Shown: piece by piece, positions 1 to 11,512 of the stretch
How positions within the stretch are numbered: position 1 is the stretch's first letter
Layout of the letters: each line of letters opens with the position of its first letter
Origin: Basidiobolus meristosporus CBS 931.73
Lineage: Eukaryota > Fungi > Basidiobolomycota
Assembly: GCA_002104905.1 (NCBI GenBank)
Contig: MCFE01000438.1
Coordinates: 11,123 to 75,122, forward strand
DNA: 64,000 bases
Direction: 5' to 3'
Position numbers and translations under genes: made by a program
The notes under the pieces: model-generated
What the model saw: only the letters and a program-made list of their open reading frames with translations
What the model was told of the DNA's origin: nothing
Databases searched by the model: none

Positions 1-2115
1 TTCGTTTATGCGCACTCGGTATGTTCGGTTAATTAAAGAAGCGTGTAGAAGTATGAACCCAGAGAGCGAAAAAGAGGCTCTTTCCGAAGCCACTGATATA
101 TTGATCGCTCTATCCCAAGATGGTAAGCCGCCTTTATGTAGCACTCTCAGCTCTCAGTGACTGAAACTTCCCGATCTTTCATAGAAAGTGAGTTCGTGGA
201 GATCGTGCTCACCATGATCGAGATCCTGGACGAGCAGGATCCTTTATCGTCGGCCTTCTTGTGCCACATCATAGGTATTTACCATAAACTCGGAGCTTCA
301 GACTTTCAGTCTGTTTACACTTTACTGTCAGAACTTGCGGCCTTACCTTCGGTGAGGACAGCGCACAAGATCAATTACCAACTGTTACAAAAAACCAAAG
401 CTTGTAAGTAGACAGCAGCATTCTTGCCAAGCGTAGGCACCAATGGTAACCGGGCTTCACAGCACCTTTGTTTAGATCACATCTTCGCCAGAGATATCGG
501 ATCAACTCCTACATTGTATGGAGTGTCTTAGCCGAGCGCCTTGCGGGTATGCTCATCCTTTCCGTATGCGTTGAGGGATAGTTTCGAAGAGAACTAACCA
601 TTCACTCAGGGAAAGTAAGCGCGATGATATTTACTGAGGAAATCCTAAATAGCTTGATTCATGGGCTATTGGATGAGAGCGACAAAGTCAAACTTGCTTC
701 GTTGATCGCATTGGAGAAATTTGCCATGACTGGTAATGTTCTGAATGAGATCCATGAAGATCCTTTCCGTATCCTCATCCTGCTTAATTTTAGGTGACAA
801 TAAATCGAAAATCCTGAAATCCAATGTTGTCCAGCACATCAGTGATGTCATGAAGAGACGAATCAAGTCCTCCCATGAGTCCAATAGTCTAGCCGAGCAC
901 CGACTGCGTGAGCTGAATCTATGTGCACCGTGGTCACTACGTCATGCCTTTGGTAGGTGGAGTGAGTCAGCCAGCGGGTAAGGCTTGTGGATGTGTTCTA
1001 ATCGATTGCTGTAGCCGACCGGGAAAAGCCACGTTTTTGTCAAGATCAAGATCATAAGGCTAGCGAGGCACTGTTAGGAGTAAACGTTACATTGAATTGG
1101 TTAGATGCGACACCACGGCTCAAGTGGTTACCCTCAGGGTTGGAGGTTAGTTCGACATAGCTGCTCAATGCTGATCGCCTTCTCAAACGTCGTTGATGGC
1201 AGATACGCAACGACAACACAACCTTCGAATCTGCTCGAGGGACCATGTGCGCAAAAGAGGGGTCTTGGTACTACGAGGTGCAGCTGCTGACCGCGGGGAT
1301 TATGCAAATCGGATGGGCTACGAAGTATACGGCATTCAGGCCTGAGGAGGGAGTTGGGGTGGGCGATGATGACCATTCGTTTGCTTTCGATGGCCGTAGA
1401 AAGTTGGCCTGGGTAAGTGTGTCCTGCATCATTGATAGAGTTGGGCGCTGATTTTCGATTTGCAGTCTGATGGCTACCCTATCCCTTATGGCGCGGTCAA
1501 TTCCTGGGGTGAAGGCGATGTGCTTGGTGCGCTGCTTGACATGGACTACGGAATGATTCGATTCTATCTAAACGGGGTGGATCTAGGATCTGCCTTTGAA
1601 TTCAGTGCCAGGCAGTTGTTGAAATTTGAGGAGGAAGGGGGCTTCTATCCTGCCATTTCCCTCACTTCGTTTCAGCACGTGAACGTAAATTTTGGCAAAG
1701 AGCCGTTCAGGTAAAGCAGGATCTCTCGATTCTATCAAGCCACTCTGACTCACCATTTTGGCATTGTTCAAGGTTTCCACCAACCCAACCCTTCCGAGCA
1801 TTCAACGACTACGGGAAGCTACCCGAAAGTCTGCATCATACTAGTGTATATCCGACTGTGGGTCAGGAAAAGCTGACAAATCTGCCGCTTTCCGAGCTTG
1901 ACCATCGTGAATATGTCAATCCTTGTTCAATATGCTTTGACGGTCAAGCAATGGTCACTTTATATCCTTGCAAACACGATGGTCTCTGTTCGCTCTGTGC
2001 TATTCTTATCACCAGTTGTCCATTTTGTAGAACACCCATTAGCGAAAGGGTAACGCTAGCGGGGACAGATACAAACAGCCAGCCCTATCCAGTAGAAAGT
2101 TCGACCACAGCATAA
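1..2115 (+). CDS. RING finger and SPRY domain protein (RSPRY1-like E3 ubiquitin ligase), multi-exon, 5' end outside window
   Basis: SPRY motifs in ORF pieces 1105-1714 (WYYEVQLLTAGIMQIGWAT, GVGDDDHSFAFDG, WGEGDVLGALLDMD, FYLNGVDLG, FYPAISL, VNFG). C-terminal RING-HC at 1858-2115 (CSICFD...PCKH..LCSLC...CPFCR). Canonical introns, e.g. 123-157, ~1413-1465, ~1712-1771. Stop TAA at 2113-2115. Confidence 0.85.
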
Positions 2116-2878
2116 ATTTTCCTGTCTGATGCGGATTCTGGCCGGACATACAAACCCCATTCATTCTAAAATTTGCGCAGTTGAAAAGTCCATCGACCGT
2201 ATTGTATTTATACATAAACTATTGTTGCGGCCTAACTCCTTTGGCCTCTGGTTGTGGCGTTCTGCATTCTTCTCGAGCTGTCGGTGCAGCAATCTACTTG
2301 CCCATGACGCAACTAGAAACAGAGACGCGTAGCCGTGGGGGTTGGTTCGTAATGGCACGACAGGTGACATTCTCAAGCATTCAACCGGAGTTCTAAAATT
2401 AGCCATGAAAATAAAGTAGAAACAAGAGCGCGACTGCGATTTACCTTGTGTTGTTCGCGCCCACATCCATTACATAATAACATACTTACATAAAGCGCAT
2501 GGTGTCCCACGTACTGCAGAAGAAATCATGACCTAGTCATAGGCGCCAGATCATGTCAAGTGGAGCAATTCCTTCATAATATAGAGTACTTTTGGGCCGG
2601 CCCATCCGTTAGAACAACACAAACCCTAGGCACGATCATTGTTTGTGCCCATTACAGCAACACCAGCCTAAGCAGAAGTGCTTGTTGAGGCAGCTCACTG
2701 GGTACGGGTACAAGGTTAATGTGAACAGGTCAGGAATCTGGTTTAACCACTGCCGTTTATTGCGTGAATGCCCTGAACAATTAGAGCAAAGTCTGGATGG
2801 AATACTAGGGTGATATATGGTAGAAATTAGAGTACACCTGACCAAGTATATGTAGTATTATAGATTCGTTCTAGGGAG

Positions 2879-4300
2879 TTACAGATATCTATTCCATAGC
2901 CCGATGAGGGGAATCAAAGTGGCCAGGAGGAAGGTTGGGGCATTGGTGGTTCCGTTGGACCCGCTCTTTCCATTGGCGGAGGCGCCCTTTCCATCGGTTC
3001 TGTTGCCATTGGAGAAGTCGATCGGCTTGCTGTTGTCGATGAATTTACAGGATTCGTTTTGACACAGGCAGCTGCAGGCAATCGGGTCCCACCATAGCGT
3101 ATCGCAATTATCTGGGACTGGGCAGCGTGCACCTGAGGTTCCTGCCGCCTTGGCACGACCGGGGACGGGATTGGCTACGCTGGGCTCCGTCGCTGGGCAG
3201 CCGTAGCATGTGCTGAACGACCCACCAGGGAAATTGCACATCTCTGGTAAACCGGCGTCGATCTGGCCACCCTTCACGTCTGCAACACCGTTACAGATCT
3301 CTTGGGTCTCGGCCTTGGTTTGACATTTGACAGCGGCGAAGTCGCCCATCTTCGTCTTATCCACAGGGTTCTTCATCCAGGACAACAGTTGCTGATTGGT
3401 CACGAACCAGACGTCAGCTTGTTGAGATGCCCACGAGGCGAATTCCTTGAGCATCCTGACCTGGTCCTGGGGGTAGTTGATGCCAGGGGATTTGGAGATA
3501 TGCGCGGGATGGAGGTAGATTCCAAAGGGGGATCGGTTCCCGTTGTAGTGCCGGTTGAAGTTGTCCTTCAGCCACTGGAGAACGGTTTCCGGCTTGGAAT
3601 CCAGATTCGGATCCATGAGGTGGGGCGTGGCGCCATCCATGACGGCGTACATGGGGATTTCCCAGAACCCAGGGACCTTCAATCCGCTGTCGCAGATTCC
3701 GGAGTAGCAGTCGTTGGCGATACCGTTGTCCAGGGTATACGGCCAGAAGGAGTCGGCTCCCAATGCAGTCAGGCTGGAGTCGTACTCGAAACCAAGCTCG
3801 GCAACGTTTTGGAAGGTGGCGGCCGAGTAGTTTAGGAAGGGGGAGCGGAAGCCCGCGAGCTTGCCTCGGGGGATCCCCGCGAACGAGTTGATAGCCATCC
3901 GCGAACCACCGATCTCTTCCTTGGGGGGGTTACCGACATGGTTCATAGTATGGCAGGCGACTTCGTTTCCCATTCCATACCATTGGGTGACTAAGTTGTA
4001 GTCGGTGTATTGGGTACTGACGAAGAATGTTCCAACAGCTGGGCAGCCATTGGGATTCTTGTGGCTGGAGAGTATATCAAGTGCGGCGGGGAAGGTGTAC
4101 GCTTGAACAGCATCGTCAAAGGTGATGGTGACGAATTGGGGCGCGTTGGCGCCGGCTATCCCGCCAGGCGGGTTGACGGAAGCGCAGTTGCATTTCGGAA
4201 GTACACACGTGGAGGCGTCACAAGTGTAGGCAGCGTCCGAAACTCCAACCACAGCCAGGGTTACCAAAGCAGTGACCAACTTCGACATAAGAGAAACCAT
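2879..4300 (-). CDS. Secreted polysaccharide (chitin) deacetylase, CE4 family, insect-CDA-like subtype, probable GPI anchor
   Basis: Intronless 473-aa ORF. Hydrophobic signal peptide; TFDD, H-T-x-x-H, GFRSPFL, FEYDSS, WPYTLD, WEIP, PFGIYLH and DVWFVT motifs; Cys-rich C-terminal region; G/S/N-rich linker then hydrophobic tail (FLLATLIPLIGLW). Confidence 0.92.
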   Translation of the reverse strand: MVSLMSKLVTALVTLAVVGVSDAAYTCDASTCVLPKCNCASVNPPGGIAGANAPQFVTITFDDAVQAYTFPAALDILSSHKNPNGCPAVGTFFVSTQYTDYNLVTQWYGMGNEVACHTMNHVGNPPKEEIGGSRMAINSFAGIPRGKLAGFRSPFLNYSAATFQNVAELGFEYDSSLTALGADSFWPYTLDNGIANDCYSGICDSGLKVPGFWEIPMYAVMDGATPHLMDPNLDSKPETVLQWLKDNFNRHYNGNRSPFGIYLHPAHISKSPGINYPQDQVRMLKEFASWASQQADVWFVTNQQLLSWMKNPVDKTKMGDFAAVKCQTKAETQEICNGVADVKGGQIDAGLPEMCNFPGGSFSTCYGCPATEPSVANPVPGRAKAAGTSGARCPVPDNCDTLWWDPIACSCLCQNESCKFIDNSKPIDFSNGNRTDGKGASANGKSGSNGTTNAPTFLLATLIPLIGLWNRYL

Positions 4301-4369
4301 TGTGTTTTTAGGGAAGTGAGTATTTTAGAGGGGGGGGGGCGGTGAGATTGTGTACGACCAGTGCCCTGG

Positions 4370-4377
4370 TATATATA
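4370..4377 (-). promoter_or_regulatory. Putative TATA box of deacetylase gene
   Basis: TATATATA about 70 nt upstream of the ATG at 4300. Confidence 0.4.
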
Positions 4378-4759
4378 CGAATTCCCAAGCGCGTTCCCTT
4401 CGCAGACTTCCCTACCTGTGTATCCTATTTTCAGGAATGGAGAATATTCATCACCCACTCACAAATGATAGTGTTCCTGTGGTAAAGGTCGGGGTTTATC
4501 ATTGAGGGAGAATTTTCCGTTCAGATAATCAAGGAGAGGCTTGCCGGATTGGCCACAATGGGCATTGTTGTAAGACCACGATCTCAACTGCTAACGCGCA
4601 CTTGAAGCTTAATGTAAGTTAGCGGTAGGATCAAGCAGAAAACATGTAGGCTGTGAGGATTTAATCTAATCCAAGTGACCAGTTGGTGATACTCGATCGA
4701 GGTGATTTCAACGACCGACGTCAATGATGTATCGGTCCATATGATGTAGATGCGACTCC

Positions 4760-5290
4760 CTATATGTGCTTGCTGAATTCCTGGGTCTTGATAGTCAAGA
4801 CTGTGGGCTGCCCGTAAAAATGGCCGAGTGATGCTGGGACATCTTCAAAATTGATCTGCCCGTCGCCTCTGCAATCCCTCGCCATATAGCGTGGTTGGTG
4901 CCCAACGAAGATCGTAGTGGGATGCATGGTTCCTATCACCAAAGACATCTGCATCTTCCCTGAACTTGGCAACAGTCCCTTGAGTGAAAGTGCCGCTTTG
5001 GTAGATCTTTCTGCGTTTGTGCAGGTGCAGATCCAGATCCTGGTTAGGGTACTGGGGATCTGCGTCACGCCCGGATTTTGGCCGGTTGAACATTGCCTCG
5101 ATCTACATACTCGATGTTTATCCTCTGCTCCTGCGTCCGATGCTCGGCAGGAGGTCCGATTATTGGTCAGCCCAACTTGCAAGTCAGATTGGCCAAAGAT
5201 GTCGGTAGGACGCTGCTGCCAGATGGACACACTATGCAAGGGCGGGGCTGTTTGCGTCTTGCTCGGATTTATCAGCATGTGCGTCACTGA
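4760..5290 (-). CDS. Candidate small spliced gene, product unknown
   Basis: Canonical-looking intron at 5040-5110 on the minus strand (GTATGT...CTAACCAG) joins open frames, and open frames overlap across 4760-5287. No family recognised; start and frame uncertain. Confidence 0.3.
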   Translation of the reverse strand, partial: SVTHMLINPSKTQTAPPLHSVSIWQQRPTDIFGQSDLQVGLTNNRTSCRASDAGAEDKHRVCRSRQCSTGQNPGVTQIPSTLTRIWICTCTNAERSTKAALSLKGLLPSSGKMQMSLVIGTMHPTTIFVGHQPRYMARDCRGDGQINFEDVPASLGHFYGQPTVLTIKTQEFSKHI

Positions 5291-5739
5291 CTTGCCGCTG
5301 TCTTAGCCATAACAGAATGATGTCCGTTGACTCCACATCGCATTGCTCGGTTGGCAACTAGCTATGTGCGTAGGGTTCGGCCTGGGTGCTTCGTAATGTA
5401 AGCTACCAGCACACGGCCGAATAGTATATGCGGCGCACGTGTTCATTGGTCTGGGTCGCCAGAAAGGATTTATTTCGAATCTCTATCATCGCATCTCAAA
5501 CTATGGTATCACATCAGCCTCGAAGAATCCGACTACGGACTCACGTCTAGCTAAAAGGAAAGAGAGGTCTAAGGGTTTCAGCCACGAACACAGTGGTGGG
5601 AAACGAATCGTGCGCAGGGTGGGTGAGCTTGGTAGTGATTAGCAAACGAAGGATAAAAGAGTATACAAATGGCAGAGGGCGAGGGCGCGATGCAGAAAAG
5701 TAACATATAAACAAGCGAACGGGTCAAATAAATTACAGA

Positions 5740-8674
5740 TTAAAAGGCTGGGATCATCCCATCCTCAAGTTTGCTGCCGCTACCCATCTCCGATAACGGA
5801 AGGGTTCTAATTGCATTCTGTATGATGCTGGTATTCTTACAATCCATGTCAAGTGCTTTGGTGAACTCCATCAGTGCGTCGGACGTGTTGCCCAATTTCT
5901 GGAGGGTTTGGCCGGTTAGATAGCGAATACCAACTTCCCGGGGATATACCTCTTGCAGGTGCTTGAACAGGGGTAGCGCCTCCTAATGTTGATATCAGAA
6001 GTTAGCGTTTGATTCGACTTCACCAGTACCAGTCGTGCTACCTCATATCTTTCAAGTGCCAACAGGGCTTTGGCGATTTTCAGCTTCGGGAAGGGGCTCT
6101 TTGGGTTGTACTTTTGGGCAGCTTTGTACCACTGAAGTGCCTCGGACAGTTTACCAGACTTCTCCAAGACCTGTGGGGATTCAATAGCAAAACACTAAGA
6201 AATCGTTGGGTGACGTCGGAAGTGGAAGGGGGCTGTACTTACAGTGCCTACGCAGCAAAGCAGGACGTTGTTGGTCGGGTTGATCCCTACTGCTTTGGAG
6301 AAGTAGTACTTGGCCGTGGGGATTTTGTCGGTTTTCATGGCAATGATTCCCATGCCATACCTGGAAGATCGAATGAGTGAAGGCGGCGTTTGAGTCAGAA
6401 CGGGGGTGATTCGTACCATGCATTGTAATGCTTGGGATCTAAGCGTAGAGCATTTCTGAAGTGGATCATGGCATTATCGTAGTCTTCCACCGCGATAGAT
6501 TCATGCCCACACAAAGTATGCCCATAAGCCATGCCTGGGTCTAATTGAATCACGCGCTTGAAACATCGGATCGCGGATTGATGTTCTTGCTTTAGGCTGT
6601 AGCAGTTACCTATGGCCACCCAGGATTGTGGGGATTCTTTGTCCATAGCCATCAATTCGTGGCCGAGGTGGCTGAGGCCAACCTCTTTTTGCAAATGCCA
6701 TAAAGTGGTGGAGTAGATCTCGAGGCCATCCAGGCGGTAAGGCTCGAGCAGTCTCATCTGCTCGAATTTCTCCTCAGCCTAGAAGAACGAAAATGGCATT
6801 AGTCAAGGTTCAGGTCAAATGCTTGAGCGCAGTTTCTAACCTCTCGGTACTTGGCCAACTCAAAGTAGGCCTTCCCAACGCAAGAAAGCACCCATCCCGT
6901 ATTAAACTGAGAGGCAGGAAGCAAGCCAAATGTCTCTAAAGCCTTGTTACAGTTGTAGCTGTGGAGTTGTAGCAATGCCTGACCGATTAGGCGTAATAAA
7001 TTGATGATGATCTCGGTGCCTTTTTTACTGGAAAGTGTTTCTTGGTTCACACCTTGCGGTCCATCCAAGTCGGTGGGGTTCCCTCCTAGCCGATCTTTGA
7101 CTGAAGTGAACTGAAGGGTTGCGGATTAATCACGGGATAAGGTACTCCAATGATGAAAAGTATCAAATACCGCTTCAACTCGGACTTTTTTCCCGGTATC
7201 AAGGCTCAAGGCTTTGTTGGGCTCGAATCGAGTGCGCTTGGCTCGTTGAACATTAGCAACTCTCTAGAAAGGACGATCGTAAGTATGGAGAGGCTCGGGT
7301 TATGCTTTTGTCGTACTCACAGTCTGTGTATTTGTGGGCTTGGGTAGTTTGGATGCGTGTGTGGTTTTGGTGGGGGATGTAGGCCCCCTCGCAAGGGCTC
7401 CTTTCTTGGTTTTCAACCCATCTGCGGTATTGGCCAGCAACTCCTTGGGCTTGCTATTTTCAAGATTCGTGCTCTAGGTTCAAGTGTTATTGAAGCCCAT
7501 GGTGTTCTGAGGCAGGAAAAACTATACCTTGTTGGTAATGTTCACGTTCAATCCCTGTTTATTACGAAGTGATACAGGCCTCTGTTGTGCTGGTTTTGTT
7601 GCGCAGGATTCAATTGAAGCTTGACGAACTGCTGGCCGTGCTTTTGGTTGTGTGCTCGACGCACTTCTTTGAGGAGGGGGGGGGGTTACAGTTAATAACG
7701 AGTCGCCACGAATGTATCGTACTATAACCAACCTGCATCGTAAAGCGCTACCAGTCAACTCCCTGGCAATCGGAATTCTTGGCCTGGGCATTGTCACGTT
7801 ACTCTTGACTTTCGACTCGGGTGGATCGGACGATATCTTAGCCTTCTGCCTCAACACATCCACCCCCTTGTCGCCATGGTTGGTGATTTGGAAAGCTTTG
7901 CTCACGTTGAAGATGCAGCTCACATCAATGCCAGCACCTATGGTGTCTATGAATACATACGCGTCGCGAAAGGGTCCATGTCAGATTGACTTACCATTTT
8001 TGATAGAGCATAGATTCTCAAAGGCAGCCCAATGAAATGGATTGAGTTCAAGACACTTGGAGAATTGCTTCTCTGCATCTGCGTGACGCTCCAATTTTCT
8101 TTAGAGTGCCGAGTATTAGTTACGGGTGGAAAATCTAGTGATTGGGAACAAGCGGACAAGCATACCTGTACACTAATCCCAGATTAAAATGCACTATGCT
8201 CTGGTCAGGGCACTTCAACCGACTCTGGTGATCGATCTTATCTTATGGATAAAACAGCCTATTAACAACCAAACACCAAATCGATAGTAGAAAGTTGGAT
8301 AGCGATTGCCACCATTCGTATCCTCACTAACCCAGCACTATTTCCTCAGGCGTGAGAGTCTCGTCGCTGAGCAGAGAAAGTAGTAACCCTTCGGCCTCTT
8401 CTAGTTTGTTCAAGTATCTACAGCAACTGGCAAGCAGGAATTTACCAACAGCCGACTGGGGGTTGCGTAAGACATGATAAGCACTATTGTACTTCTTACT
8501 TCGCAAGAAGCACTTGGCCAAGAGATAGTGTGTCTCTTCGTCTAATGTCGCATAGGCGTGTAATCGCTCAGCAAAAAAGGTTGCATTCTCTACCAGGTCA
8601 TGGTCGAGATGGTACCACACCAAAGACTTGAACTGAGAGACCACGACTGAAGATATAGACATTCGGTTGCTCAT
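5740..8674 (-). CDS. CDC27: Anaphase-promoting complex subunit 3 (Cdc27/Nuc2), TPR protein, multi-exon
   Basis: N-terminal Apc3 domain (LVWYHLDHDLVENATFFAERLHA...HYLLAKCFLR), then a low-complexity S/T/P linker. TPR exons follow: QFNTGWVLSCVGKAYFELAKY, PYRLDGLEIYSTTLWHL, SPQSWVAIGNCYSL, YGHTLCGHE, HYNAWY, YGMG. Last exon reads ...LMEFTKALDMD...IPAF-stop (TAA 5740-5742). Confidence 0.95.
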
Positions 8675-10035
8675 TCTTTGAAAGCTGGGAACAAGAAAAT
8701 GAATTACTGACACCGAAGTGATATCAAGGTAAGTACGGCACAGTAGGATTGGGGGAACTCTCGAGAGTAAGTATTCGAAAGAGTTCAAGCCCCTCTTGAC
8801 AAAAGGTTAAATATCGATTTCTGCTGGTTTATCGAAAATGTTTGTTTTTCTCTAGAACTGAAGCGTCAGAGATAAACATCGAACACGGCATATCATTGGT
8901 CTACCCAATTTCAAACAGTGACTGATTTCGATGTTACTGGGAGGTGCGCATCAAATATCATTTCTTGACTGAATTTGGTTCGATCGAATCAACAGTCACG
9001 AAGTACCGCAAGTCTGGTTGGATCGTCGCCTTGCCAGTGCGGAGAATCTTGGCCGAGTCCCCTACCAACTCTGCAGCACATCTTTATCTGTCGGAGGCCA
9101 AATGTTACCTGACGAAGATGATGCAATCATGCATTGAGCATACGGGCCATAGTAAAACGCGCATGCCCTCCTATTTACCATGACCAGCAACTCAGTAATG
9201 GCAGTGGAATGAATGCGTCGAATTGCGGCAAAGGCCGCCCAAGAAGACACACAACTCCGCGTCTTGATGGGCGCTGGGAAACACTTGCTTCTATGAGAAA
9301 AAGTAAAGGATTCGTGTATTTAAGCACGACGAAAGCGAGCCGTACGTTGCAGAGCGCGCCAGTCCAGTTGGAGACGGTCAATATATCCACTCATGTTCGG
9401 TGTGAGGAGCGGCGAATGCTGGAGGTATTTCGTGTATGTGGCAATGCGTTGCGCACCTTGCCGAAAGCCTACCACGGTCCAGTTGCTTTCCACTGATAAC
9501 GACGAGTGGGTGTTCATCGGTTAGTATCACCAGCATTGCCATCGGCTATTATTAGCGATCCTAATGCAGAGAAAGCCAAACAAGTTTCTCAGCAACCCTT
9601 ATTGTTATTTATTAGGAGGGAATATTGAATGGGTTCAAAAGCTGCTGCATAAGGTTTCATGGGTACGGCTCTGATTGGCGGCCAAACTCCGCTGTAAACG
9701 CATCCAGATATCGCACTGCTCCAGAACTGGGGCTGGGGCTGGAGGGTGGGAGGAAATCAGGAACAACCATTGTAATGGGAGTCAATATATGGCTAAAAGT
9801 ATTTTCAGCATGACATATGGATAGATGGTGCTCCTCCGCCAATGGATCTCAGAATCGATCCTTGAATTATGAGAGCGCTGATGTTGAACAACAAGCATTA
9901 AGGTCTCAATATCTTATCAAATTTCCTGATGTCCCAAGCCAAATTAAATGCTAAATTGAGACCAACTTTCGTGATTCTGGGCGCTATAAAAGCGCCGGTT
10001 ACACACCCCGTTGCAGCATTTCCCGGAAGCCTAAC

Positions 10036-11067
10036 ATGTGGCCAGCCAACTCCATCAGCCTTTGCCTTCAGAGCGAGACTATTGTACTTCACGGCACAAG
10101 TGAATCGGCCCCAGGGCAGATATTGAGAGGTTCGGCAACCCTGGACATACAGTACCAAACCAAAATCTCCTCCATCACGGTTGTGTTCAAAGGCACGGCG
10201 TATGCCTCGAGTAAGTAGCCCAGTGTCTTGACGATTTGCCCAGCCTCCATGCTCATGCTTTCTGTAGGGTCCAAGCAAAGTCGCGATGTCTTCTATCAAA
10301 GAGAGATAGAGTTTTTACGCACCATCGAGGTGGCCAAGAACTTCTCTCCTGGCCAGTACATCTACCATTTCGAGATCCCATTTTCAGGCGATCTTCCAGA
10401 ATCCATCAGCTCGTCTCTATCTCACATCAAGTATGTCACCACTGCAGTGGCCAAGCGTGGCGGGTTTGCCAAGAACCTCAAGGACTCGAAGGTGGTCAAC
10501 GTATTGCGACTATCACAGCCTGTTTCTGAGGTTGAGGAGTCCCAGTCACTGGTGAGGTTCGGTGAGCTTGAATCGGAGTTAGCTTTCTGCATATTCTCCC
10601 CCTCCATCGTATATAGTCCGGACAATGATATCCCCATCCAGATTGGCGTTGACTCTTTCAAGACGGATGTGAAGGTCAGTGAGGTCCAAGCAGCAATCTA
10701 CGAGGTCATCAAAGCCACATCTCAAGATGGGCGATTCAAAGTGAGAAGGTCCAAGATACGTGAAGCCTCCTGCAGATGGAATACCAAATCATATGGAAAG
10801 ATGTGGATTCAACCGATCACCCTTACTGCCAACAAAAAATCGACCGAGGTTTTCTCTGATCGGGAGAATGATTACGTGACCGTACACCATGAGCTCAATG
10901 TTATCATCACCCTCGTCAAGCGGTCTAACATCCGGAAGCGAATCATTGTCAGAACTTCTCTCCAATTCGTTGACTCCGAAGCCTTAAGGATCGCTAAAGC
11001 ATTACCTTGCTACGAACAATCATTGGTGGCGCCACCGTGCTATTTCCACTTGGATAAGAAGCACTAG
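10036..11067 (+). CDS. Alpha-arrestin-like (arrestin_N/arrestin_C) trafficking adaptor
   Basis: Exon 1 (10036-10210: SETIVLHG...GQILRGS...KISSITVVFKG) splices in frame over intron 10211-10267 (GTAAGT...TGTAG) to exon 2 (GQYIYHFEI...LPESI...IKY...A.AKR). C-terminal PY-like motifs LPCY and PPCY. Confidence 0.85.
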
Positions 11068-11512
11068 GATCAAAAGCCTCCATTTTCAATATTTGTACAT
11101 ATTCTCTAGTAATCGGTGTAACATATTTCATTTTTGTCTACAAATACTGTAGCATTCCATTTCATAGCTTAATCCCCAGATCACCTCTCTACCCTACATT
11201 ACCGTACCTGTAATCCTACCAAATACTAGCCCCACAGCCAATACCTTTCATTAAACGTAATACCTTGACGAACATTAGGCGGACATTTATGAAAAGCAAC
11301 AAGAAAAGGGTAACCAATGCGATCATGCAAGTAGGGCAAAATGTCTCATATGAAGAGCTGGTGCACGTATTGGGGGATAAGAATTGACTAAGGATTTTAT
11401 TATCTATGATATATTCCAGGTTAATTGGAATTTGGAAATATTCGATAGGCTTTGGGAATGAAGTATTTGAAAAGAGATTCAAGTGATACGATACATTGAG
11501 GAGCAATTGTCA

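Noticed and set aside
2330-2400. ECLRMSPVVP resembling the cytochrome P450 ExxR motif
   Set aside because: No heme-binding FxxGxRxCxG motif and no room for a P450 gene.
3302-4345. + strand ORFs of 177 and 111 aa
   Set aside because: Antisense shadows of the GC-rich deacetylase CDS.
4845-4890. DCRGDGQINFED resembling i-type lysozyme or EF-hand/dockerin loops
   Set aside because: A single short motif with no supporting family residues.
7070-8160. Long low-complexity S/T/P region and odd ORFs inside CDC27
   Set aside because: Cdc27 normally has a disordered linker between the N-terminal and TPR domains.
8944-9900. Several 60-120 aa ORFs between CDC27 and arrestin
   Set aside because: No recognisable motifs or consistent exon chain; treated as divergent intergenic DNA.
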